A stretch of 64,000 nt of DNA from Eledone cirrhosa (lineage: Eukaryota), in NCBI GenBank assembly GCA_964016885.1, contig OZ024745.1, positions 118,420,001 through 118,484,000 of the forward strand. The letters are read 5' to 3'. Shown here one piece after another: positions 41,001 through 52,740 of the stretch. The number at the start of each line of letters is the position of its first letter. The first letter of the stretch is position 1. Both the position numbers and the translations under genes were made by a program. Below the pieces are notes generated by a model. The model made no database searches. It saw only the letters and a program-made list of their open reading frames with translations, and had not been told where the DNA came from.

Positions 41001-44000
41001 AATGATGCTAATGTGAAGCTGTGTGGCTCAGTAATGATGCTAATGTGAAGCTGTGTGGCTCAGTAATGATGCTAATGTGAAGTTGTGTGGCTCAGTAATG
41101 ATGCTAATGTGAAGCTGTGTGGCTCAGTAATGATGCTAATGTGAAGCTGTGTGGCTCAGTAATGATGCTAATGTGAAGCTGTGTGGCTCAGTAATGATGC
41201 TAATGTGAAACTGTGTGGCTCAGTAATGATGCTAATGTGAAGCTGTGTGGCTCAGTAATGATGCTAATGTGAAGCTGTGTGGCTCAGTAATGATGCTAAT
41301 GTGAAGCTGTGTGGCTCAGTAATGATGCTAATGTGAAGCTGTGTGGCTCAGTAATGATGCTAATGTGAAGCTGTGTGGCTCAGTAATGATGCTAATGTGA
41401 AGCTGTGTGGCTCAGTAATGATGCTAATGTGAAGCTGTGTGGCTCAGTAATGATGCTAATGTGAAGCTGTGTGGCTCAGTAATGATGCTAATGTGAAGCT
41501 GTGTGGCTCAGTAATGATGCTAATGTGAAGCTGTGTGGCTCAGTAATGATGCTAATGTGAAGCTGTGTGGCTCAGTAATGATGCTAATGTGAAGCTGTGT
41601 GGCTCAGTAATGATGCTAATGTGAAGCTGTGTGGCTCAGTAATGATGCTAATGTGAAGCTGTGTGGCTCAGTAATGATGCTAATGTGAAGCTGTGTGGCT
41701 CAGTAATGATGCTAATGTGAAGCTGTGTGGCTCAGTAATGATGCTAATGTGAAGCTGTGTGGCTTAGGAATGATGCTAATGTGAAGCTGTGTGGCTCAGT
41801 AATGATGCTAATGTGAAGTTGTGTGGCTCAGTAATGATGCTAATGTGAAGCTGTGTGGCTCAGTAATGATGCTAATGTGAAGCTGTGTGGCTCAGTAATG
41901 ATGCTAATGTGAAGCTGTGTGGCTCAGTAATGATGCTAATGTGAAGCTGTGTGGCTCAGTAATGATGCTAATGTGAAGCTGTGTGGCTCAGTAATGATGC
42001 TAATGTGAAGCTGTGTGGCTCAGTAATGATGCTAATGTGAAGCTGTGTGGCTCAGTAATGATGCTAATGTGAAGCTGTGTGGCTCAGTAATGATGCTAAT
42101 GTGAAGCTGTGTGGCTCAGTAATGATGCTAATGTGAAGCTGTGTGGCTCAGTAATGATGCTAATGTGAAACTGTGTGGCTCAGTAATGATGCTAATGTGA
42201 AGCTGTGTGGCTCAGTAATGATGCTAATGTGAAGCTGTGTGGCTCAGTAATGATGCTAATGTGAAACTGTGTGGCTCAGTAATGATGCTAATGTGAAGCT
42301 GTGTGGCTCAGTAATGATGCTAATGTGAAGCTGTGTGGCTCAGTAATGATGCTAATGTGAAGCTGTGTGGCTCAGTAATGATGCTAATGTGAAGCTGTGT
42401 GGCTCAGTAATGATGCTAATGTGAAGCTGTGTGGCTCAGTAATGATGCTAATGTGAAGCTGTGTGGCTCAGTAATGATGCTAATGTGAAGCTGTGTGGCT
42501 CAGTAATGATGCTAATGTGAAGCTGTGTGGCTCAGTAATGATGCTAATGTGAAGCTGTGTGGCTCAGTAATGATGCTAATGTGAAGCTGTGTGGCTCAGT
42601 AATGATGCTAATGTGAAGCTGTGTGGCTCAGTAATGATGCTAATGTGAAGCTGTGTGGCTCAGTAATGATGCTAATGTGAAGCTGTGTGGCTTAGGAATG
42701 ATGCTAATGTGAAGCTGTGTGGCTCAGTAATGTTGCTAATGTGAAGCTGTGTGGCTCAGTAATGATGCTAATGTGAAGCTGTGTGGCTCAGTAATGATGC
42801 TAATGTGGAGCTGTGTGGCTCAGTAATGATGCTAATGTGAAGCTGTGTGGCTCAGTAATGATGCTAATGTGAAGCTGTGTGGCTTAGGAATGATGCTAAT
42901 GTGAAGCTGTGTGGCTCAGTAATGATGCTAATGTGAAGCTGTGTGGCTCAGTAATGATGCTAATGTGAAGCTGTGTGGCTTAGGAATGATGCTAATGTGA
43001 AGCTGTGTGGCTCAGTAATGATGCTAATGTGAAGCTGTGTGGCTCAGTAATGATGCTAATGTGAAGCTGTGTGGCTCAGTAATGATGCTAATGTGAAGCT
43101 GTGTGGCTCAGTAATGATGCTAATGTGAAGCTGTGTGGCTTAGAAATGATGCTAATGTGAAGCTGTGTGGCTCAGTAATGATGCTAATGTGAAGCTGTGT
43201 GGCTCAGTAATGATGCTAATGTGAAGCTGTGTGGCTCAGTAATGATGCTAATGTGAAGCTGTGTGGCTCAGTAATGATGCTAATGTGAAGCTGTGTGGCT
43301 CAGTAATGATGCTAATGTGAAGCTGTGTGGCTCAGTAATGATGCTAATGTGAAACTGTGTGGCTCAGTAATGATGCTAATGTGAAGCTGTGTGGCTCAGT
43401 AATGATGCTAATGTGAAGCTGTGTGGCTCAGTAATGATGCTAATGTGAAGCTGTGTGGCTCAGTAATGATGCTAATGTGAAACTGTGTGGCTCAGTAATG
43501 ATGCTAATGTGAAGTTGTGTGGCTCAGTAATGATGCTAATGTGAAGCTGTGTGGCTCAGTAATGATGCTAATGTGAAGCTGTGTGGCTCAGTAATGATGC
43601 TAATGTGAAGCTGTGTGGCTCAGTAATGATGCTAATGTGAAGCTGTGTGGTTCAGTAATGATGCTAATGTGAAGCTGTGTGGCTCAGTAATGATACTAAT
43701 GTGAAGCTGTGTGGCTCAGTAATGATGCTAATGTGAAGCTGTGTGGCTCAGTAATGATGCTAATGTGAAGCTGTGTGGCTCAGTAATGATGCTAATGTGA
43801 AACTGTGTGGCTCAGTAATGATGCTAATGTGAAGCTGTGTGGCTCAGTAATGATGCTAATGTGAAGCTGTGTGGCTCAGTAATGATGCTAATGTGAAGCT
43901 GTGTGGCTCAGTAATGATGCTAATGTGAAGCTGTGTGGCTTAGTAATGATGCTAATGTGAAGCTGTGTGGCTCAGTAATGATGCTAATGTGAAGCTGTGT

Positions 44001-44390
44001 GGCTCAGTAATGATGCTAATGTGAAGCTGTGTGGCTTAGTAATGATGCTAATATGAAGCTGAGTGGCTCAGTAATGATGCTAATGTGAAGCTGTGTGGCT
44101 CAGTAATGATGCTAATGTGAAGCTGTGTGGCTCAGTAATGATGCTAATGTGAAGCTGTGTGGCTTAGTAATGATGCTAATGTGAAGCTGTGTGGCTCAGT
44201 AATGATGCTAATGTGAAGCTGTGTGGCTTAGAAATGATGCTAATGTGAAGCTGTGTGGCTCAGTAATGATGCTAATGTGAAGTTGTGTGGCTCAGTAATG
44301 ATGCTAATGTGAAGTTGTGTGGCTCAGTAATGATGCTAATGTGAAGCTGTGTGGCTTAGTAATGATGCTAATATGAAGCTGAGTGGCTTA
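38087..44390. repeat. 32-bp satellite, 197 head-to-tail copies (6.3 kb)
   Basis: gtaatgatgctaatgtgaagctgtgtggctca; the last unit starts exactly 196 x 32 nt after the first. Confidence 0.99.
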
Positions 44391-44495
44391 ATGGGTAGAG
44401 AGTTGGATTCACAATTATGAGGTTGTGAGTTTGATTCCCAGGCCGGGCGATATGTTCTCCTTCAGCAAGATGCTTTATTTCATGATGCTCCTTCT
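44376..44495 (+). mobile_element. tRNA-headed SINE (family A) 5' part, continuous with the satellite
   Basis: gagtggcttaatgggtagagagttggattcacaattatgaggttgtgagtttgattccca matches 63465-63600. Confidence 0.8.
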
Positions 44496-45282
44496 GCCAG
44501 AAGTTCTGACTGGTGGATAGTATCAGCAATTGGAAAGACCAATGAAAACATTGTTTCCTTGGTCCGATCTAATGAGTTCCACTTCACTTGGTAAGTGAAT
44601 AACTGTGTGCAGTAAACCTTCCAGCTGCCCATCATTGTTTCCAAATAGTTTGCTATCATCCATATAAAGAAGGTGACTGTAGTGTCTGTTGCCTATCTTA
44701 TATCCATAGCCCGTCCTCTGGAGTAACTGACTTAGCGGAGTAAGTCACATACAGAACAACAAAGGGGACAATGAGTCACCTTGGAATATTCCACGATTAA
44801 TCTTGATCTGTCTAGATTCCAGTGGTCCGTTGTAGTGTTGAAGGACTATTGTAGTTTTCCAGTCTGTCATCATTGCCTTCAGGAAAGTTGTAATCTCAGG
44901 TGCTATGTGATACATTTCTAGTGTCTTTATGGTCCATGAATGAGGTATGCTGTCAAATGCCTTCTTGTAGTCTATCCAGGCCATTGACAGGTTTTTCTTT
45001 TTCTGTTTACAGTTTTCTGTTATGAGTCTATTTATTAGTAGCTGATCTTTGCACCCATAACTCTCGTTTGCAGCCTTTTTGTTCAGGTGACAATAGATCT
45101 CCACAGACGAGGTAATTGTAGGCCCTGTTGGTAATCACTGATTTGAGGGCTTTGTACATCATTGGAAGACATGTAATTGGTCTGTAGTTCTTTGGATTTT
45201 CTGTGCATTCATTCTTCAGTAGAAGATATGTTACGCCAGTTGTCATCTAGTTTGGGACCTCTGTTGGGTTTGCTTCAATCCT
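44495..45282 (-). mobile_element. R4/Dong-like non-LTR retrotransposon RT fragment
   Basis: NPKNYRPITCL, EQKGCKR, GCKDQLLIN, AWIDYKKAFDSIPHSW, RGIFQGDSLSPLLFC, HLLYMDD; contains a frameshift and stops. Confidence 0.85.
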
Positions 45283-45289
45283 ACAATTA

Positions 45290-45753
45290 AGCATAGAGTT
45301 ATAGCCCTTTGCATTCTGAGTTCAAATCCCACGAAGGTTAACTTCGCCTTTCCTCCTTACTGGATCGATAAAATAAAGCACCAGTAATGCACTGGGGTAA
45401 TTGCTGGCCTTGTACCAAAAGTAGAAACAATTATTAGGGTAAGACGCCATGCTTTGCAGCATAGAAGTACACCCCTTTATAGTCTAAGTTCAAATCCTGC
45501 CACGGTTAACTTTGCACCAGTAATGCACTGGGGTAATTGCTGGTCTTGTGCCAAAAGTAGAAACAATTATTAGGGTAAGACGCCATACTTTGCAGCATAG
45601 AAGTACACCCCTTTATAGTCTAAGTTCAAATCCTGCCACGGTTAACGTTGCCTTTCATCCTGACAGGGTCAATAAAATAAAGTACCAGTAATGTACTGAG
45701 TTAATTGCTGGCCTTGTGCCAAAAGTAGAAACAATTATTATTATTATTATTAT
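45290..45753 (+). mobile_element. Tandem, internally duplicated family B SINE pieces
   Basis: ~135-bp block caccagtaatgcactgggg...gttaac present twice; (ATT)n tail. Confidence 0.75.
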
Positions 45754-46029
45754 TAACCAAAAAGATGGCCAAACAATTTATTTACATTTGAAATTGTTTG
45801 TCATCTTACCTAAAATAACAACAACAGTTAAATAAACGACAATGTTGACTACAACAACAAAGAAAGTAAACCGCTACTTAGACTGGACTTGACCTTTTCT
45901 CCTGAAATGTTAAACACTTTGTTTTTGATTTGAAATATCTGAAATCTAAATTTCAAAATCTACTTACTGTATTTAAATGGACAGAGAAAGGTGAGGTAAA
46001 AGACATTGAGAACACATCAGTAAAATGAT

Positions 46030-46295
46030 GTGGAGGTGTGTGGCCTAGTGGTAAGGGTGTTGAACTTATGATCATAATGGCATGGGTTCAATTTCTGGAC
46101 TGGGTTTTGTGTTGAGTTCTGGAGCAAAACACTTCATTTCCCACTGCTCCAGTATACTCAGCTGAAAATGAGTACCAGCAATAGCTGGGAGATGGACTTG
46201 CGTCCTGTCCTGGGAGGAGTCTTGTACTTTCAGTTGCTTCATGCCACGAAACCGAGATAAGCACTGGTTTGAGACAGACTTTGGCTTTAGACTCA
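46030..46295 (+). mobile_element. tRNA-headed SINE with CORE-like body
   Basis: gtgtggcctagtggtaag A-box, ggttcaattt B-box; gcttcatgccacgaaaccgagataagc 3' part. Confidence 0.65.
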
Positions 46296-46629
46296 TCAGT
46301 AAAATGATTCAATGTCATTTCTAGCTGTTCTTTAAAGTAAAATATACCTTAAGAAAGCTCTTCAATTTTGTCCAAATTTACGAACTTTACGAAATAATGT
46401 GTGCTGATTCACACCGCCACTAGTTTCCTCAGAGTAAATTTATAAGAAAAGCTGGTCATTGTTGTTGTTGTTATTGTGTAGCAGCTGACAACCGTAGTCA
46501 TGGATCTCTATAATGCTGTCTGAGTTGTAAATGGTGGTTATAATGTTCAATGTTCAGTTTCTATTGATTTGGCAGTGTTGGTAGTGTTCAAGCAGAGCTA
46601 TTGACCTCGCAGGTGGGCTGGGGCCAGCA

Positions 46630-46955
46630 TGAGGCACATGGCTTAGTGATTAGAGCATTGGCCTTGCAATCGAAAGGTTGTGAGTTCAATCCTCAGACCG
46701 GGTGATGTGTTGTTTCCTTGAGCAAGACACTTTATTTCAGCTGTAGAAATGAGATGATAGGGACTGGGGTCCCTATCATTCCACTGCAAAGTGGCTGTGG
46801 AGATGCTACGGCAAAAAAGCACCCAGCACTCACTGTAAATGAGGTTGGTGTTAGGAAGGGCATCCAGCTGTAGAAATCAAGCCAGAATCAGTTCCCGTCC
46901 CACCCTTGCAAGCAGGGAAAGAGCGGACGTAAAATGAAACAATGATGATGATGAT
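46630..46955 (+). mobile_element. Composite SINE: tRNA head plus RTE 3' tail
   Basis: Head tggcttagtgattag...gttcaatcc; ends cccgtcccacccttgcaagcagggaaa...gacgtaaaatga(gat)n. Confidence 0.82.
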
Positions 46956-47189
46956 ACATATACATATATATATACGCTGTAATGTGGCCGTGTAGGTAAC
47001 AAGGTAATAAGTTCCCAGTTCCACACCATAAACGTGGTTGGTGTTAGGAAGGGCATCCAGCCGTAGAAAACCTGCCAGATAGTCCTATATGAGCGAGACA
47101 CGGTCACCCAACCAACCTTGCCTTAAGTGGGACAACTCCCGTGTAACCCATGCTAGCGTGGAAGATGGACATTAAACGAAGATGATGAT

Positions 47190-47190
47190 G

Positions 47191-47221
<31 letters not shown>

Positions 47222-47580
47222 TATACATATATATATATACATATATATATATACATATATATATATACACATATATATATATATACATACATATATATAT
47301 ACACACACATATATATACATACATATACACATATATATATATACATACATATATATATACACATATATATATATATACCTACATATATATATACACATAT
47401 ATATATACCTACACATATATATATACACACATATATATATACCTACACATATATATACCTACATATATATATATATACACATATATATATATACATATAT
47501 ATATACACATACATATATATATACACATACATATATATATATATACACATACATATATATATACACACATACATATATGT
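47190..47580. repeat. (TA)/(CA) compound microsatellite; another at 48040-48190
   Basis: Direct reading. Confidence 0.93.
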
Positions 47581-47747
47581 AGAGGTAAGGATGTGTAGAT
47601 GTTGGGATATATATATATATATATGTAGATGTTGGGATACAACAAGCAAAATATTTTTATAATAACTGATATAAAGCACTCAACAAATTATTGGAGTAAA
47701 TATACAATATATTAACAAATGGAAACTATATTTATAAAACCATATTT

Positions 47748-47811
47748 ATTTCATTATACATATTTCAAGGGCCACCAAGGCAAACTATGGTGCGCTTTCA
47801 TCAGATAAAAT
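47748..47811 (-). ncRNA. Type I hammerhead ribozyme motif with intact core
   Basis: attttat CTGATGA aagcgcacca...tggtggccctt GAAA tatgta TA^ atgaaat: 7-bp stem I, extended stem II, short stem III, UH cleavage site. Confidence 0.65.
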
Positions 47812-48559
47812 ATAATATAGGTTAGTTTTATAAATAAATATTGGCATACCCTGAATATATATATATATATATATATATAACGAAGGAAGTATGGTAAGGA
47901 ACCAGGTGGACCATAACGCACCAGAGTACTCAATACTTAGGATAGTAGAGTGGGTAATAAGAAATTGTTCAAGACCCTGACGGCAGAACTCAGCCATCGA
48001 AACGGCTTGAGCTCTGCTGTCGGGGTCTTGAACAATTTCCTATATATACACATATATATATATACATATATATATACACACACATATATATATACATATA
48101 TATATACACATACATATATATATATACATATATATACATAAATATATATGTATATATATATACATGTATATATACATATATATATATATAAATATGTGTG
48201 TTTGCGTATAGAACAATGAAAACAAAAGTCAGGGGTAGGTAGTTAATTTACATGCAGACATATATATATATATATATACATCCAGCTGTAGAAAGCAAGC
48301 GAAAATCAGTTCCCGTATGAGCAAGACAAGGTCACCCAACCTGGCATTGCCCACAACAGGACAACCCGTCTAACCCATGCTAGCATCGAAGAATGGACGT
48401 AAAACGGTAATGATGATGATGATGATGATGAATACACACATACTTACATATACACATACATAAATACACACACACACATATATACACACACACCCATATA
48501 TATACACATATATACATGCATACATACATATATACATAAATATACAAACATACATATAC

Positions 48560-48960
48560 ATAAACGTTTGAAGTTAGAAGGCCAGAAAAATGCAGGTATG
48601 GATACAGAATATAAATACAAATGCAAAATATATCGTTGACAATTAGTCTTTTACCTTAAATTTATTTGAATACCCTTAATTTTCGAGATAATATCTCTTC
48701 TTCGGAGGGAAGTAAAGGGGTTAATCCAGTGTTCTAATTAGCTTGCCAAGTCATGGATGACTTGGCAAGTTAATTAGAACACCCTCCGAAGAAGAGATAT
48801 TATCTCGAAAATTAAGGATATTCAAATAAATTTAAGGTAAAAGACTAATTGTCAGCAATATCTTTTGCATTTGTATTTATATTCTATATCCATACCTTGT
48901 TCTGGCCTTCTAACTCCAAACGTTTATACCTCACTACACAATGCTTCAAGTAAACTACAA
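48560..48960. repeat. Long fold-back palindrome with a hammerhead-like motif in each arm (Penelope-type inverted pseudo-LTR)
   Basis: 48560-48754 is the reverse complement of 48757-48927 apart from a ~20-nt left-arm insert; ccct CCGAAGA agagatattatctc GAAA att a agg. Confidence 0.85.
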
Positions 48961-48984
48961 TTTCCTTCATACATATATATGTTA

Positions 48985-49320
48985 TCTCTTTCTCTTAATT
49001 TCGAGTATATTTTTTTGACCGGCCACCTTCCTGGTAGCAAGGTTGTAAAAGAAAAGAAATTGTCATCTCTTGAATCGCAAGAATGTTTTGCAAATTTTGA
49101 AGGTGCCAGCTATCGCAGCCATTTGTATGTATGTATATATACATGTATGTATGTATATATGTATGTAAGTACGTATGTTTCTCTTTCTTTTAATTTCAAG
49201 TACATTTTTGACCGGCCACCTTCCTGGTGGTAAGGTTGTAAAAGAAAAGAAATTGTCATCCCTTGAATCGCAAGAATGTTTTGCAAATTTTGAAGGTGTC
49301 AGCTATCGCAGCCATTTGTA
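48985..49320. repeat. ~140-bp direct duplication
   Basis: tttgaccggccaccttcctgg...gctatcgcagccatttgta occurs twice. Confidence 0.88.
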
Positions 49321-49822
49321 GTCTATGAATTAGGGAGCTTCACTCTTTGTCCACAAATCCAAGTTCAGTTATAATTTGGTCCAAGTGAGTTGGTTTATAA
49401 CCTATAGCTCCAATAATGATGGGTATGAAGCTGAAGGTGTATCTTGGATACTGGATCTGCAAAGACCGTAGATGTCCTCCTTCTCTTGTATTTTACTTAC
49501 AATGTTGACATCAAGTGGGCAGCTGATCTCTACAACAGAGCAGGTTTTCAATGTGTGGTCAGAAACATCAATATCAGGCCAGTTGTGCTTTAATTTGATG
49601 GCAGTTTTTATTTTCAGGTTCCACCAGTATTCTTTAGTACCATCTATCTCAACATATTCCTCCTCATTTGTTTTTAATTTTGTTTTCCTAAGATGGTTCT
49701 GGCTATCACATCGTGTCTCATATGGAGGTAGTAGCGAGACAACATTCTTTCCCAGTTGGCAATAATGTGGTTAACATCTTCGATCTTTGTTTTACACAGC
49801 CTACATTTATTGTTGACTGATG
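49300..49822 (-). mobile_element. R4/Dong-like element: CCHC knuckle and restriction-like endonuclease fragment
   Basis: KCRLCKTKIEDVNHII, MRHDVIA, YWWNLKIKT...HNWPDI, VVEISCPLD motifs. Confidence 0.8.
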
Positions 49823-49859
49823 GCCCTCCTCTTTTGTATGTATATATGTATATGTATAT

Positions 49860-50420
49860 AATTACCTTTCAATCAGATGAACACATTAGCCAGACTGACT
49901 TCGTATTTGTTAGAAAACAAGATTGGCCGATGGTTATAAATGTTAAGACCTTCCTCAGAGAAGAATGTACTGCCCAACATAAGTTGGATAATAGTGTCAT
50001 CAGAATAAGCATAACACAGAAGAAAGCAGGCAAATCTGGAGGAGGAGAGTTTGGAAACTAAAGGACCTTTCTGTTAAGTCAGGAAAGCTTTACATGAGGC
50101 AAATGATAAGGAAGACAAGTTAGACACATATGATATAGAAGATAATTGGAAGTTTCTATATGCCAAACTATTACAGACTACTGATGTGATTTCTGGTTGG
50201 AGCAAAGCATCAGCTAGACAGAATGTGACCTTGGGGTGGAACAGCACAATCAATAGAGCCATTAAATCCAAGATACGGGCATGGAAAGACTGGAAAAGTG
50301 GGGGCAGCAGAGATCAGAACCAGGTAGCTAAAATTAAGGATACACAACAGGTATACATACCATGAAAAAAACCTGAAAGAAGGAGGTTTGCCAATGTCTT
50401 GTGACATGAAGAACAGATAT
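49860..50420 (+). mobile_element. Degenerate RTE LINE fragment (end of endonuclease and linker)
   Basis: SQTDFVFVRKQD...VKTFLREECTAQHKL. Confidence 0.7.
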
Positions 50421-50829
50421 GTGAGCTGTTCCTATACATAATGCTACATTACTGTTATTTATAAGTCACTTCTACTCACTGCAATAATGCAGGCTACAAT
50501 GAAATCCACCAACTACTTTTAACCCAAACACTCTTGCTCTGAATGAAACAATCTAGGGCATCTTATTGTTATAGCAGTAGTTATTGCAGTCATTGTTTAT
50601 TTACCGTCTAACCCATGCTAGCGTGGAAGATAGATGTTAAACGATGATGATGATGATGATGATTGTTGTCGCTGGAATGTAGTATTAATGATGAGTAGAA
50701 ATAATGGGGTAAAATAAAAGAATATTTTTATAAATTAGTCAAAGGAGGACAGGCAGTACCCCAGATCTTTGTGGACCTTTCCAAAATAGCATGGTTAATG
50801 TGGTTGATGTATTGTTTCAATATATTTAA

Positions 50830-51200
50830 GTTAGTGTAATTGGGAATAACAGAGGCGTGGAGAGAGACTTCTAGATGCTGCTGATCGAGAGTAGAAGGAT
50901 TGGTGAGGTGTTTAGTGCGGGATTTGGGAGTACAAACACAGGAAGAGGAAAGAGTGTTGAATGGGCCTGGATGGAGCGAGTGGATATTGTATCTAGCTAT
51001 TTAGAGGAGCAAAAGCTGTTACAGTTGTGATGGTAAAACAGCATGCATGTAACATAGCAGTTGAAACAAGTTGATGAGTGAACATTTACTAATCAGGTGA
51101 GTGATCTTTTGGAAATTTGTGTGTATGTGCCAGAATATGAAGGTTAGATGAAGATTATTTCACATGAGAGATGTCAGCTACCTCAAGGCAGAAATTGTAA
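50830..51200 (-). mobile_element. Very old CR1/L2-group LINE 3' fragment
   Basis: Weak resemblance only: PKSRTKH segment and a degenerate WNSLP-like region. Confidence 0.3.
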
Positions 51201-51965
51201 ACAGGAAGAGGTCATCTTGGAAGATAAAGTAATATGTTCCACTCAGCATTCATTAACATACATGTTTGCACACAATAAACACAACATAAAGAGAGATGTT
51301 TAAAGATAATATAGAGCTACATCTGGTAATTAAGATCCTTAGATGATAATGAATGTAGTAGTTGCGTGTTGTTTGCAGGCTTTGCAGTGGTCACAAGAAT
51401 CATGAGTGTATTAGCAAAATCTTCAATACTAGGTATAAAAAATTACATCCACCTACATTACTAATGAGACCACCTATATAGCAAAAGTTTTCTACTACTT
51501 CTAGTGAAGTTTCTGAACATTTGAGAGAGTTTATTTCTTCACTACCCTTACTGTTGACTACGTTTATGCATCTGCAATGTATGAACTTTGCCCTCCCTGT
51601 CAGTTAACCCGTGATCGCACTACATCGCTTGTGTGTCCACATACATTCATATATACCTATAGAGAGAGATAGATACATAACAGTTTTTCTTTCACACATA
51701 TATATAGAAGTCACAGCTATATTTGAGTTTAACAGGTTTTATTAATGATTTTCCATGTTACCTTATCAATCCTCTATATTTACCAAGATACAATTATATT
51801 CTGAAGTTCCTTCATATTTCAAAACCTCTTGGCTTCATCCATCAAATCAAGTGGTGCATTGTTGCTGCACTGTTGCTGCATTGTTGCTGCACTGTTGTTG
51901 CATTTTCATAGCAAGCATCATGTTATGAGAATGATGTTGCTAGATTTTACATATTTACACACATA

Positions 51966-52100
51966 ACACACACACACTTGTATACAAATAAATACTCAGA
52001 CAACACACACACTTGTATACAAATAAATACTCACACACACACTTGTATACAAATAAATACTCAGACAACACACACACTTGTATACAAATAAATACTCACT
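51966..52100. repeat. Short tandem repeat, 4 copies of ~30 bp
   Basis: acacacacttgtatacaaataaatactca. Confidence 0.85.
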
Positions 52101-52403
52101 CACACAAATGTAAAATATGTATTTGCATGAATTTAAATAGTTGTTTGTTGAATATCTCAATATCAGCTGTAATTGAACAAACATTTGATCAAGGATGTTA
52201 CAAATGGAACCTTTTTCTATGTCTACAACTACATTATTCAATGTGATTTTCATTTGTTTGGAATTGCAGTGTAATTTGAGGAAGATTCGGCTGCTATTTC
52301 TAGCAGACCGATTGACCTCATAGAGGTGGCTGGTTGTAAGTATGGGTAAATACATGGTGAAAGTATGCTGACCAATAACTTTTGAGTAGATGGAAACTAC
52401 TGA

Positions 52404-52740
52404 AGTGAAGATGTGTGACTTAGTGGTTAGAACGTCAGGCTCACAGCCGTAAGGTTGTGAGTTCAAATCCAGGACTAGACTGTGTGTTGTATTCTTGAGC
52501 AAAACACTCTATTCCAAGTTGCTCCAGTTTCACTGAGCTGTAGAAACGTGTTGCAACATCACTGGTGCCAAGCTGTCTCGGTCATTGCTTTTCCCTTGGA
52601 CAATGTTGGTGGTGTGGAAAGGGGAGACTGGTATGCATGGGTAACTACTAGTCTTCCACAAACACACCTTGCCTAGGATTGTGCCTTGGAAGGGAACTCC
52701 AGGAGCAAAAACATGGTCATTTGTGACCAAAGGGGACCTA
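52404..52740 (+). mobile_element. tRNA-headed SINE (family A), full length
   Basis: gtgaagatgtgtgacttagtggttag...gttcaaatcc; body matches 6459-6765. Confidence 0.8.

Noticed and set aside
38087-44390. CRISPR-like appearance of the 32-bp array (also the 40-bp and 28-bp arrays)
   Set aside because: Units are contiguous with no unique spacers; no cas genes; eukaryotic context
44495-49822. A single R4-like element joining the RT and endonuclease fragments
   Set aside because: On the minus strand the endonuclease piece precedes the RT piece, the reverse of the intact order; treated as separate fragments
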